Source of the DNA: Marsupella aquatica | Lineage: Eukaryota; Plantae; Marchantiophyta | Assembly: GCA_973895155.1 (NCBI GenBank) | Contig: OZ316893.1 | Span: forward strand, 21,126,955-21,190,954 | DNA: 64,000 nt | Direction of reading: 5' to 3' | In this document: positions 38,976-51,755 of the stretch, in pieces | How the letters are laid out: each line of letters begins with the position of its first letter | Numbering within the stretch: the stretch's first letter is position 1 | Made by a program: the position numbers and the translations under genes | Notes under the pieces: generated by a model | Told to the model about the DNA's origin: nothing | The model's input: the letters and a program-made list of their open reading frames with translations, nothing else | Databases searched by the model: none

Positions 38976-40335
38976 ATGCGCTCAAGTTCTCCGAGTCGGC
39001 TGTCGACAAAAGTCTCCATTCTGAAAACAATGTTGGGGGGACTTCGTGGTTGAGTGGCGTTTGGCGAGTGGAAGTCGGAGCCCGAAGTGTATGTCCAAGG
39101 TCAAAGTGGATGCGTGAGCATCGAAGTGGGTGCAGGAGCTGAAGTCGCATCTTCAGCGGCAGCTAGCATAGACAACCTGACCCCCGTTGAAGTCGTCCCT
39201 TCATTGCCAGCATTGGATATGGCAGCTAAAGAGGTATTCCTGATGATCGATCACTTGTGTTCCCGCTTGTGCTTTGGGTAATGATGGAGCTTTCGGCACT
39301 GTCCACATTGTCGTGACCACTAGCTACCGATGTTGAAGAAACAGAGTTTGTTTTCAGTGTTTTGGTTACTTCTTGTTGCTATATTCCTGTGTCCCACGGC
39401 GCCAATTAAATAGTGAATGATACTAGTCAATGAGGCGTAGATGAATGTGATGTTGGGAAGAATCAGAGTCCACTCTTCCCATAGTCCCCTTATTTTGTCT
39501 CTCCGGCAAGCAATTTCTCTCACACAAGCTAATTTTTTTGGATTCATTTTTGCTTGTAAAAGATCAAAATGACGGATGGATCCTCTACCCGATGGGGCAA
39601 GATTGGTAAAGTGAAAGCCTTTGATCCAGCAAAGGAAATGGTGGAGTCTTTGCGGAAGCGGGTGGAGCCTGCATTCAGGCCCCAATGGGATAGGTATATG
39701 TCCACTCACCTCTTTAGCACATATTTCATGTGACAATTCAGAAGCTTACTATCACCTGCATTTTGCTGTTTTGTTCATGTCTAAATTTGTGTGGTTGCTT
39801 GTTTTGTAGGTTTCCAGTAACAGATGACATTGAGTCATGCTGTTTCACTTCAGAAGCAATGAAGGACTATATTGAAGAGTACCATTCCTTCCTAACCAAT
39901 CCCAAGTGGAAGTGGAAGCTTACAGCATCCACTCGGATGGACATGAAGAAGGCTTGGATTCGATTAACTCAATTTGAGTTTTGGTCTGTGGAAGACAGTG
40001 ATAACATTGGCAAAACATATGTCTTCCGATTTGACAACTATAAGTTGGGTGAGCAGCAGAAGATTCAGATTGGAAATCCAGCTGAGATATTCACAGAAGG
40101 GAAGAAATTCAGAGACGGAGATCTATGCTATTGCTTTCGAGAGGAGATTGACTGTCTCTTGGTGCATGAGTTGTTCTACTTGGAGACGCTCAATGGCAAA
40201 AGTGGCTTTGTCCTCTATGGTACCCACAAGTGGGTGCCTTGTGATCTTGAAGATTGGAGATCGACAACCTCCAATCTACTTGGTGTCTACTATTTCCATG
40301 ACCAGCCTGGGAGCTCAAAGGTGTATCACAAATAG
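38976..40335 (+). CDS. MULE accessory gene of unknown function (~300 aa, 3 predicted exons, one premature TGA)
   Basis: Predicted exons 38976-39233, 39563-39693 and 39810-40335 have GT-AG boundaries and splice in frame (...MAAKE|IKMTDGSSTRWGKIGK...RPQWDR|FPVTDDIESCCF...KVYHK*). In-frame TGA at 39051. Convergent with the transposase. Confidence 0.6.
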
Positions 40336-40944
40336 TTTATTGCCTTTACAAGAATCATAGTGGCAATCCCGGTGGCAATGTGGCTAAAGTTTGCAATAGC
40401 CAATTTTGTATTTTGTGCTTCATTGAAGCTTCAGGCAGTGTATTTTGATATTGCATAATATACATCAATGGTACACTGGCATCGACAACATCTTTTTCTG
40501 TGTGACTACATTGCTTCCAACATGCTTGTTTTGGATCTTGAGTGAAGCTTGTTTTGGATCTGAATTATGGTTTGATTCCATGCAGCTGGAATATAGAAGC
40601 CCTTACTATGTTATGCGTAAATGTTGCTTGGTTTTATCTGAATGGATAGTGTTTACTTGTACAGACTCTGCATTCAATGGATTCAATTCAATGGATTCGA
40701 TCAATGGATTTAATTCAACCGATTCAATTCAATGGATTCAATTCAATTCAATGTTCAGTTTTGAGACACAATTTATTTGGATGATTTTGTACTTGAATAA
40801 AAAAACTCTTTTATTCCACATTTGTAAACTCTCTTGTGATACATCAGTCTAGGTAACTCTGGCAGTACCCTGGCAAAACTCTCGACGCTAAGCCTGCAAA
40901 CTAAGTCCTAAACTGGTAAGAAGGGTGTCTGAAAAAGATGGACT

Positions 40945-43040
40945 CTAAGCCTCTATATTGTGTCCATGGGAACAACTGGCAAGAAGGGCTCTGAAGGATC
41001 CCATTTCAAAGGGACATGATAAGGATGAGACTGAATCGACATTCAATTCTTCCATAAAAGGAGCAGACTGCTGTATATCTATAATGTCATTGTCTTGTTC
41101 ATCATGTGACTCATCTGTGTTGTGCAACTCCTGGGGTTCATTATCGTCTACTTCCTTGTTGTGCCCACCTCCAAGTGAATCTAGCCGAAGCTGACAGGTT
41201 CGTTTGTCATGGCCCCGCTGCTTGCAAAATCCACATGTCCTTGGCAAGCGGACTCCATCCTCCTCTGGGAACCTAAGCCTTGGTTTCTCAGTTGGACATC
41301 CACGCTTCCTTCTCTTCAAAGGTGGCCCGCACCAGGCATCAGGTTGTAGGTCATCCTTCAAAATAGCCGGAATGCTAGCACTATATGTGTGCCTGAATGA
41401 TTCTGTGGAATAAAATGGTGACACAAAATCATGATGTCGGAGGTGTAGCCTTGTAATGGCTCTCCAAGCATGACTACAAGGAATACGTACCCACATCTTG
41501 CCAATCGCCACAGGAACATTGCTTAAGTGGCTCAAAAGTCACTAGGAAATGTCTGCCCTCAGAATCTGTAATTCTGACCTCAGTAGGGCTTGACGGATCT
41601 GCAACAAGCTGGAATGCTTCCCTCATGTCGGTCCCTCAATACAGCCATGATATTAGGGGGATATGGTGTATTGAGGGATTCTGCAAGCTCCCTCTTCTGA
41701 TAGTATTGCTTCATCATGTAGTCCCATATAAAGGTTAGATTGCTTGAATGCCACTTCTTGGCGTTCCGCCTTCAATGCTCGATTGGTACTTTCTGCCTGT
41801 TGAGACGTCTCATGACCCCACCTAACAGTCACAAAGAACAAATGATCTTCAATTATTGGGCAGCAGTTGAATCACCACAGGAAATTGAGACGAAGGTAAA
41901 AAAATCCAACTTATACAATATCATATGTACCTAGGATAGGGCATGAATGCTCTAGAGTAATGAGCAGAATCAGCCGTGTGCACAATGTACTCATGTGCTG
42001 TTGGAAAATTGTCTTCAATACAATCTAACCTCCTCAAGAACTGATCTTCATTGGCAGCATAGACTAGCCCATCAAATGCTTTCCTTGCTGCCTTGTTGGA
42101 ATGGGCTTGTCGATTCTTCCCCAAGTGCCATGTGCAAAATGCATGGAATGCCATTGGGAAAACCTCATCCACAGCATTCAGAAGCCCCTTCTCTCTGTCT
42201 GAAATGAAAACAGTACCAACGACAGACAACTCCGGAATTGCATCATGCAATAGGTTCAAAAATCTCAACCAGTATTGCTCATTCTCAGATGGAGCCATGC
42301 AATAAGACAAGATGAGAACAGAGTTATTGGCATCTAATACAGTGGCCACCAATAACATTTGAGGGTAAGCTGACTTTGTGTGTGTGCCATCTAAGGCAAT
42401 GAGGGGTCTGCAATGTGCATAAGCCTTTCGAGAAGCTGAAGGGCACACAAACAAAGTCTCAAAGGATCCACCAGGTGCTGCATACTTTGCCACAGCACCA
42501 GGGTCTCTTTGCATAATGTGGTGGCAATGACTAGGAATGAGGTGGAAGGAATCCTTCTCATCACCATCCAGTCGCACAAGTGCAAGCTTTTTTGCAGCAT
42601 GTGCTATGTGATACCTAACATCTGGATGCAACATAGCTTGAGCAGTGTCTCTCAAAGAACAAGCTCGAGTCTGTCGATTTTTTATGAGGATATCAAAGAT
42701 CAAGGTAGCCAAGAAATCTAAGAATTGTGCATGCATCTAGTGTAATGGTCTGCAGCACAACAACTATGGTGATCATTCAACTGTGTGATAGTAATAGTTT
42801 CAGTCTTGGAGCTCATAATCACTCTAATTGACCAGAGACATTTTTGGACTGGGTTTTCGTGCCACCACATTTTGCACTTCCCAAGAAAGCGTAGACTATC
42901 CTTCTTGTATGTTGTAATGACCCGTTCTGTTGACACTCCATGTTTGACAATTGCCCGCCTGACATCTTGCCAAGTCTGAAAAACGTCACCCTTCCTCAAA
43001 GCACCCTGAACCATAGCTCCACTTTCCGCCAAAGGTAGTC
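40945..43040 (-). pseudogene. MuDR/MULE transposase (frameshifted)
   Basis: MuDR N-terminal region LRKGDVFQTWQDVRRAI; MULE DDE core HCRPLIALDGTH...DANN...FISDREKGLLNAVDEVFP..FHAFCTWHL; TSQQAESTNRALK; SWIM remnant IPCSHA; zinc knuckle CGFCKQRGHDKRTC. Split over 4 ORFs. Confidence 0.93.
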
Positions 43041-43119
43041 TGCATGCACAAAAGCAAAGACAAGTATGTTTTGAATCTCACAGACAAACAATCAGACGAA
43101 AGATCCAGAATAGGACTTG

Positions 43120-43335
43120 GATCCAAAATAGAACTTCACAGGAAAGATGTAGAGTACAAATGCACATGCTCAATACAAAAATACATAGAAGTTCACAAGA
43201 AACATACAAATTAAATAGAACTACACATGATGCTCCATATATACAAAAAATAAATAGAACTTCTTAGGAAACATTTATAATAGAACTTCGCATGAACTTC
43301 ACATACATACATAAATAGAACTTCACAAGAAGGAT
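43120..43335. repeat. Array of ATAGAACTTCAC-like motifs upstream of the MULE transposase coding exon
   Basis: About 6-7 copies: AAATAGAACTTCACA, CATAGAAGTTCACA, AAATAGAACTACACA, AAATAGAACTTCTTA, TAATAGAACTTCGCA, AAATAGAACTTCACA. Confidence 0.7.
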
Positions 43336-46194
43336 CCACAATAGAATACAAACATATATATACACACACTCTTTCCCAATCTAGAATAGATTACAGGCAC
43401 ATGTATACACTCTCCCTCAGGAAATCAAATATTTTGTTGGATTTCAGACCAATATTTGGATTTCTAGAAATTTTCACGCAACCTCCACTCGTACATCACT
43501 CAGCAAGTTTCTGAATGGTGCATGGTGAAATTTGTGAACATACATGATCATTAGTGTGCACCAGTTAACTTCATTTGTTTTCCTGTAGAAAGGTGCCTCA
43601 TAGAAATTGGCAGATGTAGACTTGATTGTTGGCAGTAGCGATTGGCAATGTACGGGGCACGAGTAAGGAAAGGACTAGTTCGAAGCACTACATAGCTCAA
43701 CGCGATTTGTTCATTCCTTATGCCTGGTGTCCACTATTCTTCAATTGTCGGCTCGATCTGCCTTTACTGAAATTGGCCTACTATTAATGTTGATGAAGAA
43801 ATCCACTCGACACATAACGGAAAGAACAGAGAAATAGATTCAAGCGATCAATGCCCACATTGCAATTTCTTGTACCATACATTACATTGAGAACTCCACA
43901 CGAAACAAATCCAGTGTAGCAACAGAAAATTGGCAACAATATTAGGCATTGCGCTCACAGAACGCCGACTCAATGTCAGGAAATGGTTATACCTGGATAC
44001 AGCACGAACAGAAAATGCTATTGTACGCTGCTTTGTTCTGGTGTTCAATGCTGATGTTTGTGACTCCTGAAGAGCTTCGATTCAAATATTGAGCTGCAGC
44101 TGCAAAGAACGGCTTACAGGGCGATTGCTGTGCCTTCACGCAAGTTTAAGCAATGTTGCTTTGCACCGCTTCGTCCCTTCAATTCTCTCATGTTCGTGTT
44201 CTCTCTCAAAAAATTCAGCGTTCAATGAAATTCCACGCAGTTGCCACAATGTATGCAATCTTTGTCAATTTGTTCCACACCGAAAACTGAAGTCGTCACG
44301 TTGTCCATGGCATCCTCGATTCAAAAATGTCTCCCCGCACAGGAGACTGACAGAAACAATACCAACACGCACATAACTAACCACCTACTCTATCGTGATG
44401 GAAGTTCAAACCCTATGCAGTCTGGACAGAAATTGTAGCGAATCAGGAAGAAACACATGGCAATCGAGTAACCACATACCAAAACCGTGGCATTTTTACA
44501 AATACGAAAAAAAGTGTGGCAGTATTGTAATTTTGGACAACTTTAGTGGCAATGTAGTTAAAAGCTGTTAAGAAATATTCATGACTTACTCTAGCCGTTC
44601 AATCTGGGTGATACTTAGACGCATTTGATTGATCATTTGCTACCAATGATGATGTGGATGACGGTGCACACTCAGTGGTTTTGGGGAAACCTGCCTGTCG
44701 TTGGATTTCTTAGATCATTGATAAATGAGATATAATGTTGTATAATTAATATAATGGTGGCAGTATGGACTCTAAACCAACGGTCCTTCAACTTAGCCAG
44801 TTGTTCTTTTGGGGCTTTCATGATGTTCTTTCTATGCTATTGGGGCATGTTAGCATCCTAAGATGCATCCAAAGAGTTTTTGAGCCATAAGTTTGTAATG
44901 TCAAGCATGTTTGGATGAGAGTTTCTAAGTTGATGTCTAGCTTTGAAGCCTGCGTACTAAATTAATTTAAAAAATGGAAATGCTAATAGTCAAACTCATG
45001 AATCAGCTTGACAAATAAGAGGCCTGGATTAAAAATAATGGCATTGAACCTGTTTTTGTATTGGACCGTTGTTAGCGAGTGAAACAGAGAAATATATATA
45101 TATATATATATAATGTTTACTTAAACCTAAGCTTAAAATCCCCCCCTGCCAACTCTAACTTTCCACTTATTTTTAGTCCATAATCCTATTACACTTTTTC
45201 CTTTTTGTTCATTCCCTTCAATCATTTCATGTGATCGGTTTGATGAGGGTCCTCATAAAGGTTTGGCCAGTTCTTGAGAATGTTTGGCTTGAAGTGCCAC
45301 CAGATTAAATTGAGGCCTGCATAATAAGGTACAAAGGAGGTCTGCTTTATTTACTTCCTGGCAATAACAGAAAAAGGCCCAGTGTGGATTATCTATCCTT
45401 GGGAAGGGCTAGATCGGATGAGAGGCTCGCAGGGTCCGGATAGAGAAATGATTGAAGGAGAGCACCTTGGACAACAAGAGAATCCGTTATATCCCAACCA
45501 ATGCAGGGCGCAACTTCTAGCGTACCTTTGATTTACAAAAAGTAGTACGGCTGTTTAAGTTTGCTTTTTTTGCAGTTAGTTGATTTTATACAATTCTTAG
45601 AACGGCTTCTGGAAAAGACTGGTGCTTAAGCCAGACATGAGAAATGAGCTCCAACTACCTTTATGAGGGAACATTTATTAGTTCTTCACAAACATTAAAG
45701 CAAGGGTCCATAAATTAATTATTTGCTTGCCTAGTTTCCTATTGGTAACTTGGAGTTTTTCAAAGTGGCACCTCAAAGAAGTTGCCCTTTCTCCCTCTCC
45801 TCAAAGGAAAAGAAAAGGCACACCACACAACAACCAAAAACAAATATGGCCCTACGAAAAACAGAATAACAATGAACCGGACAAACTATCTACCCACCTC
45901 TTGAAAAAATGACAAAAAGGTGAGATAGTTTGTTTACAAATTGATAAAAAAACAGGAACCAATCCTGACCCTTCATCAAAACATTGTTTCTTACACAGTC
46001 AAATCTATCCATACACCCCATCTAAATATCTAAAATAGATAATTTGCCAAAGCTGTCCTTTAGCCTGCCCACACCTGCCCAAGATGAAAAAGTTTTAAAA
46101 TAATGTATAATATATTTAAATCTGAAAAAATGGAAAAGGAAATTTTGAAAAACTTTAATAAGTAGAAAAAACGATATCTCTAAAAATTTGAAAA

Positions 46195-48200
46195 CCGTAT
46201 TTTTCCCTGTCGCTCAGTTATGTTTAGATTCTATGATGTGGTAGCCACTATCTCACGTCTCCAATTTCTATGTGTAACACACGGGTTATTGAACACAACC
46301 GCAACAACTATTTGGTTGAGATCACGCATAACATGCCCCAACAACTACATTGCAAAACTTATATTTTCTTGTCTCACCTTGACATTTTTTCTTACCTTGA
46401 CATTTTTTCTTACCTTGACATTTTTTCTTGCCTTGACTGATTTATCTCCAAACTCATTCATCCATTCACTAGAGGGGTTGTAGTGGGAAATTGACATTCC
46501 AATTGCTGATTCACTAAGTGACATTCCAATGACTGACCCTTGAGCTGACCTGTCCAACTTGGGCATAGTGGCAATTGCCACTTACTCAACTACCTCATTA
46601 CTTTGTAAGATGACACCACTCCTGTGTTCACATGACATCTCCATCATAATGTATCCCGTAATGTATCATAGGAAATGAGCCCTATGCCCATGCGTTGCAT
46701 GGCACAAGGAGGGCCAGGGCATTTATGGGGCAGCTTAGGGGAGCCCATTTCCTCCATCAATGGTCAATGAAAACAACTAAACAAATCCAACGGCTGTGAA
46801 TCTTTCCCGCCCAGAAGCTTTTTTGTGTTAGGACGAAGAACCAAAAAATGCGGGATCCTTTATTATAGTTGTAGATTAATGCAATAGACAACTTCTTGAA
46901 AGCGTTGTTCAACTTAGTATGAGCAGACCTTTCTTCACTTCTTTTTAGAGAGAACCAAAGCCCGAACCAAAGTCTACAATGTTATTTTCATTTATCATTA
47001 TTTTGATTACTTCCAACTATAATAGTGAATCCCGCCAAAAGTTATCAATAGTCTGATTTGGTGGGAACATTGACTGACCATTGGATTTATGCTACATTTA
47101 GTTTGAGCCTCTGATCAATTAGAAATCAGTGTAAACCAAAGCGGACAAAACAAGTACCTAGGTGGTCATAGTTGTGAGGGAACACCTAGTCGTACAAGTT
47201 AAGTAATTTTTGTACAATATGAACATTTCATAGTGTTCTCAATCACTACATGTTAAAGTAGTTTGTATTATTAGAAGGAAGTAGGTGTATAATTAGTAAT
47301 ATTGTCCACCTCTACAACTAAAATGGGTGTGTATAATTGTGAAGAATGTGCTTTTTAGTGAATATATAATTTCTTAGTTTTTTCCTTAAAATTGAATTTT
47401 TATTGTTATTTTTTAATGTATAGTCTAGATACATTTTATAGCTTTTTTAAGGAGGTCTTGGGAAATAAAAGAGGGGGAAGGAGTCTTTGAAGGAGTGTCT
47501 ACCATATAATATCCTATCCGGCCAAAAACATATATGATTGTCCTTTTACAAACTCAGTTTTCCTATCACTTGGTTATGTTTGTACTCTAGATGCAATAGT
47601 GACCGCTATCTCGCATCTCCAATTTCTATGTGCAATGCACGGGTTATTAAACACGACCACAAGAACAGTATGATTGGGATCACACATAGCATGCCTCAAC
47701 AACATTTTGCAAGGCGTATTTGTTTTGTCTCACCTTAACATATTTTCTTGTCTTCACATAGTTTTCTAATTTCTACAGATTTATCCCGGATATTTATATA
47801 GCTTCAACATTTTTTCCTTGCTTTGACATGTTTCTCATTTCACCATATTTTTTTCACATTGACATCTTTACCGTGGGATGACATATTTTCTCACCTTGAC
47901 ATTTTTTTCTCACCTCGACATGTTTTTTGCACCTTGACATTTTTTTTCTCATCTCACTATCTTTCTCTCAGCTTGACATCTTTGTCCTCATCTTTTTCTC
48001 ACTTGATATCTTTATCTCATCACAACATCTTTCCCTCACCCTCGACATTTTTTCTATCCTTAACATGCTTTCTTCATCTTTACATCTTTTTCTCACCTTG
48101 CCATCTTTCTCTCCCCGACTTGTTTTTCTCATCTCAAAATCTTTTTCTCTCATCAACATCATTTTTCACCGTGACACCTTTTCTCATCTCAACATCTTTG
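46195..48200. repeat. Two related ~190-bp blocks (~46195, ~47550), each followed by an 18-bp TCTCACCTTGACATTTTT-type array
   Basis: Shared CTCCAATTTCTATGTG.AA..CACGGGTTATT.AACAC. The 18-bp units are clean at 46373-46437 and degenerate at 47720-48200. Confidence 0.75.
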
Positions 48201-49299
48201 TGTGCACAGACATTGGGCTAGTCTATAATGATATCAATGGACATTCTTTGAAGCAATCCTAAGGAGAAGAAAAGATATGTGGTGGAAATGCATTCCACTC
48301 ATTGAACTTTTTGGAATTGAAACAACTAAATGATTCTTCATGGGTTCTCACACAGGTTACCACTAACCATTGAGATGATTGTGAACTTTGAGATAGTGAC
48401 TCTTCTCAAGGCGGTAGGCATATGCACTTTACAATCCATTGGCAACCAATGTTAATTCCATTTTTGTTATCTGACCGCAACACCTTACACATGTTTTTTT
48501 CACACACTCACTACCCATAGGAGGACCTTGAGTCCAGCCAAAGCCACAAGTACATCTGGAAGTTGCCCACCAAAAAGTGCCACATTTGGTTTCTGACTAC
48601 TAGCTTGATGTGAGTCCTTTTGGATGTCAATAATTGGTGAGAACAAAATGAAGTTTCTTTCATACCTGGCTAGAGTCGTGGTTTAGAGGCTTTGTCTCTA
48701 CCATAGTCCTTGTTGTGGCTTATCATTGTCTTTCTATATCAAATGAATGAAATTTCATAGAAAGGTGGGGTCCAACACTCTAACTCCCAGTGGCGGACAT
48801 AGTTTCTGTTTAGAGGTCCAAATCTATGCATCCAATAGGGCGTCTCAGAGTAGGGCGTCTGCGGAAAGTTACGGGTGGAATAGTGCTCCCGTAACCTAGC
48901 TTACGGGAGCCACTTACAACAGATAACTCCAATGGGGTACCAGCTTTGACCCGCTTCATAAGGTTGCAGTTATGGGTTAGTACCCGCTCAAAGTTGAGCG
49001 CCCCTATCCCTCCCCTCTTGCGCAATGGAGTGAGAGATGGCCTCTGAAGAAGCCACATCATGCCAGTTCCCCACATTTGGCCACCGCTCCATTCCGATGC
49101 CCTTCATTCCATATCCCAAATATGATGGAGTTCAAAGAAGTTCAAAGCTTACTTTCAAACAATTTCAAATTCCGGCGTCGTATATACTTCATGGAGCCCC
49201 AAATCTAGCATTGCAAAGCTCTAGAATTGATGTCCAGATATCGTATTGCATCAAAGATAAGGTAGTCGTAGATTCATTGCAAAATCACCAAGGACAACA

Positions 49300-50987
49300 A
49301 TGACTATTGATAGTCAGCATGTTCCAACATATAAGCCCGAGGAAGTCCATGGCTGTCCAACACCGTCTCATTCTGAGTCACCCTTTGCAATTTCGCTTGA
49401 GATGTTTTATGGTTTTCAGTGCTTAGGTCCAAGCAACCAAGACATTGTGCCTCATTGTGATCGATTGCTCTCAACTCACATGGAAAATTCAGGTAGTGCA
49501 GGATTCATTAGGGGTAGAGGGAACTTCAATCCTCCACAACCTATGCCAACCGGGGGGAAGGAGACAGCTGACAAGTTCCATCTTAAAGATCAAGATTATG
49601 AGTTGATCGTCTCCTACTTGGAAGTGCCAGAAAACTTCAATGCCATTCACGGTGCAGGGAAGAAGACGAGGGTGGGTGGCAAGTACCAAAGCAAGGCTAC
49701 TGTTTTTTGGCAGATGCTGGCTGCACTGCAGCACCATGGATTTCCACGAGAAATTACTGTGCCCAATCTGGCCAAACATTTTCAAAATTTTGTCAAGCGT
49801 TACAAGGATGCCAAAGACGTAAAGTACTAGTCAGGTGGAGGCCTCACCGACAATGATTTGAGATTGGGGCTGACATTGGATGACAATCTCAACCGGCTAT
49901 GCCCATACTTTGAACGCATGCATGCCCTTTATGGAGAGAGGCCGAATGTTGCCCCAGAAGTCCTGGGTGATGTTGGAGTCAAAGATATCGACCTTGTCAT
50001 GCTGGAGGAGTCACGGGACACAAAGGGAGTGTCATTACATGGCCAAGAGAACTTGAACCCTAATGTCATGCCAACTTATTCTCCGACTAGATCATTCTTG
50101 AAGGTAGAAAATTTTGATATGAGTTTGGAGCTGATGTTATTTGAAGTTACATATGCATGTTTTGCACATCATTATTGTGATGCTTCATAACATCCTGAGA
50201 GTGACTTATGTATAGGCAACATTAGGATCCCTCTAATTTGTATCTACATGATTCCTCACTTGCAGACACACCAGCGCAATCAAAAGTAAGATCACCTCAC
50301 TCCACTCCGTTACAAGCACCAACGCCTGACACCCTTCACAGACTGCTAGTTCGAGACAATTTTTGGCAACACCTGGAGGGCATTGCTGCACATAACTTCC
50401 ACATCAATTTTGAAACATGTCAGTGCCACCAGTGCAAGAATTGGGTGAATCTGGACACTGGGGAGACTCGGCCATTGCCCACTGGTAGCGCAACTGGTGC
50501 TCACACCCCCTTGCAACCTTGCCAGGACAATGTCCAACCTACTACACCAAGACCACCACCACCTTTGAAGGGTACCAAGGCAGCATCCCAAGAAGCAAAA
50601 GAAGCCCTGGAGAACAGGAAACCTTCATTCTCTGCTATCTATGCTGACAAGATTGCCCAAAAAGCCGATTACTGGAAAGAGTTAATCCAATCCAGGGATA
50701 AGTGGAAATTGCAAGACCTTGAAGAGCGTCATGCAGCACGATTGGAGGCTCATAAAGAAGCTATCGTCTAGAAATGTTTGGACCGGAAGCATCAAATTGA
50801 ACTGCAACACGTTGCATCAGAGAATGCCATGAAAAAAGTTAAAGCTGAGCAAGACTATCTTAGGAAGATGTCTAAATCCGCTACTCGTACTGCATTGTTG
50901 ACTACACTGCTTGGTAGCTCAAGAACCCAGAGGAGATTAAGTCCTTGTTGCCCATTCGAGATGAAGAGTAGTCTTAGGATGGTTTGA
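49300..50987 (+). pseudogene. Harbinger-type Myb/SANT-like DNA-binding partner protein (premature stops)
   Basis: LIVSYLEVPENFNAIHG...FQNFVKRYKDAK..*SGGGLTDND...LNRLCPYFERMHALYGERPNV matches the style of Harbinger ORF2 proteins; the C-terminus looks coiled-coil. In-frame TAG at 49828 and 50769, with the frame continuing past both. Confidence 0.8.
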
Positions 50988-51755
50988 ATCACTATTTGTT
51001 TGGGCCCTTGAGTTCCTCACATTCATGACATAAGATTTTCTTAAGTTTTTTCCATATCAATCACTCTTTTCTGCAAGTCGATGTGAATTTGTGTTCAACA
51101 AGCATATACCCGCAACATGCTATGTCATTTTTGCTCAAAAGAGAGATTACAAAGGACCAGAGTCACCAACGTGATCAATCCATAGTCCCAAGTGTGAACC
51201 AGTGATCAATCCAAAGTCCGGGTGAACCACATGATCAATCCAGAGCAAGTGTGAACCTGATCATACTAGGAGTGACAATACGCTCCCTAAAGACGTAATC
51301 ACGTAAAACCCTAAATGCATAATTGCGTAAAAACATCCTAAATGCATAAACGCGTAATTGCGTAAAACATGAACTAAATGCATAAACGCGTAAAAGCATT
51401 ACTCCTGAGATGCGTAAACTGGTAAGAATTTGTGTCTCCCATGGTTGCTGAAACTAAACTCTAACCGGCTAATGTTCTACAAAGTTCTTGGCCTTCAACC
51501 ATGTATACTCCACGTACAACACCCTCTATCGGGTTCTTACTCAATGGCGTCCAAATCCTCCCCAATGAACCTACTGCAAAATCTCTTGTGGTTCATCAAT
51601 GGCTACCATCTTCACTGTACCAGCACTAAGGGCCTCCAAAATCTCTCCTTGATCCCCACACCCTCGAGTGTAAGGGAGGCACCAAATTTGCCTCTCTGAA
51701 TACAACAGAGGAGCTCTTTTAATTAGGTAGCACTTGTCAATGCAAATTGCCTCCC

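Larger units (their letters stand above)
38765..44567 (-). mobile_element. Mutator-like element (MULE), 5.8 kb
   Basis: ~85-bp near-perfect TIRs (CAGCTTTTAACTACA.TGCCACTAAAGTTGTCCAAAATT.CAATACTGCCACAC...). 10-bp TSD TTAAGAAATA at 38755-38764 and 44568-44577. Contains an internal MuDR-type transposase. Confidence 0.96.

Noticed and set aside
47823-48262. Phe/Ser/Leu-rich ORFs as membrane proteins
   Set aside because: They are translations of a degenerate 18-bp pyrimidine-rich tandem array.
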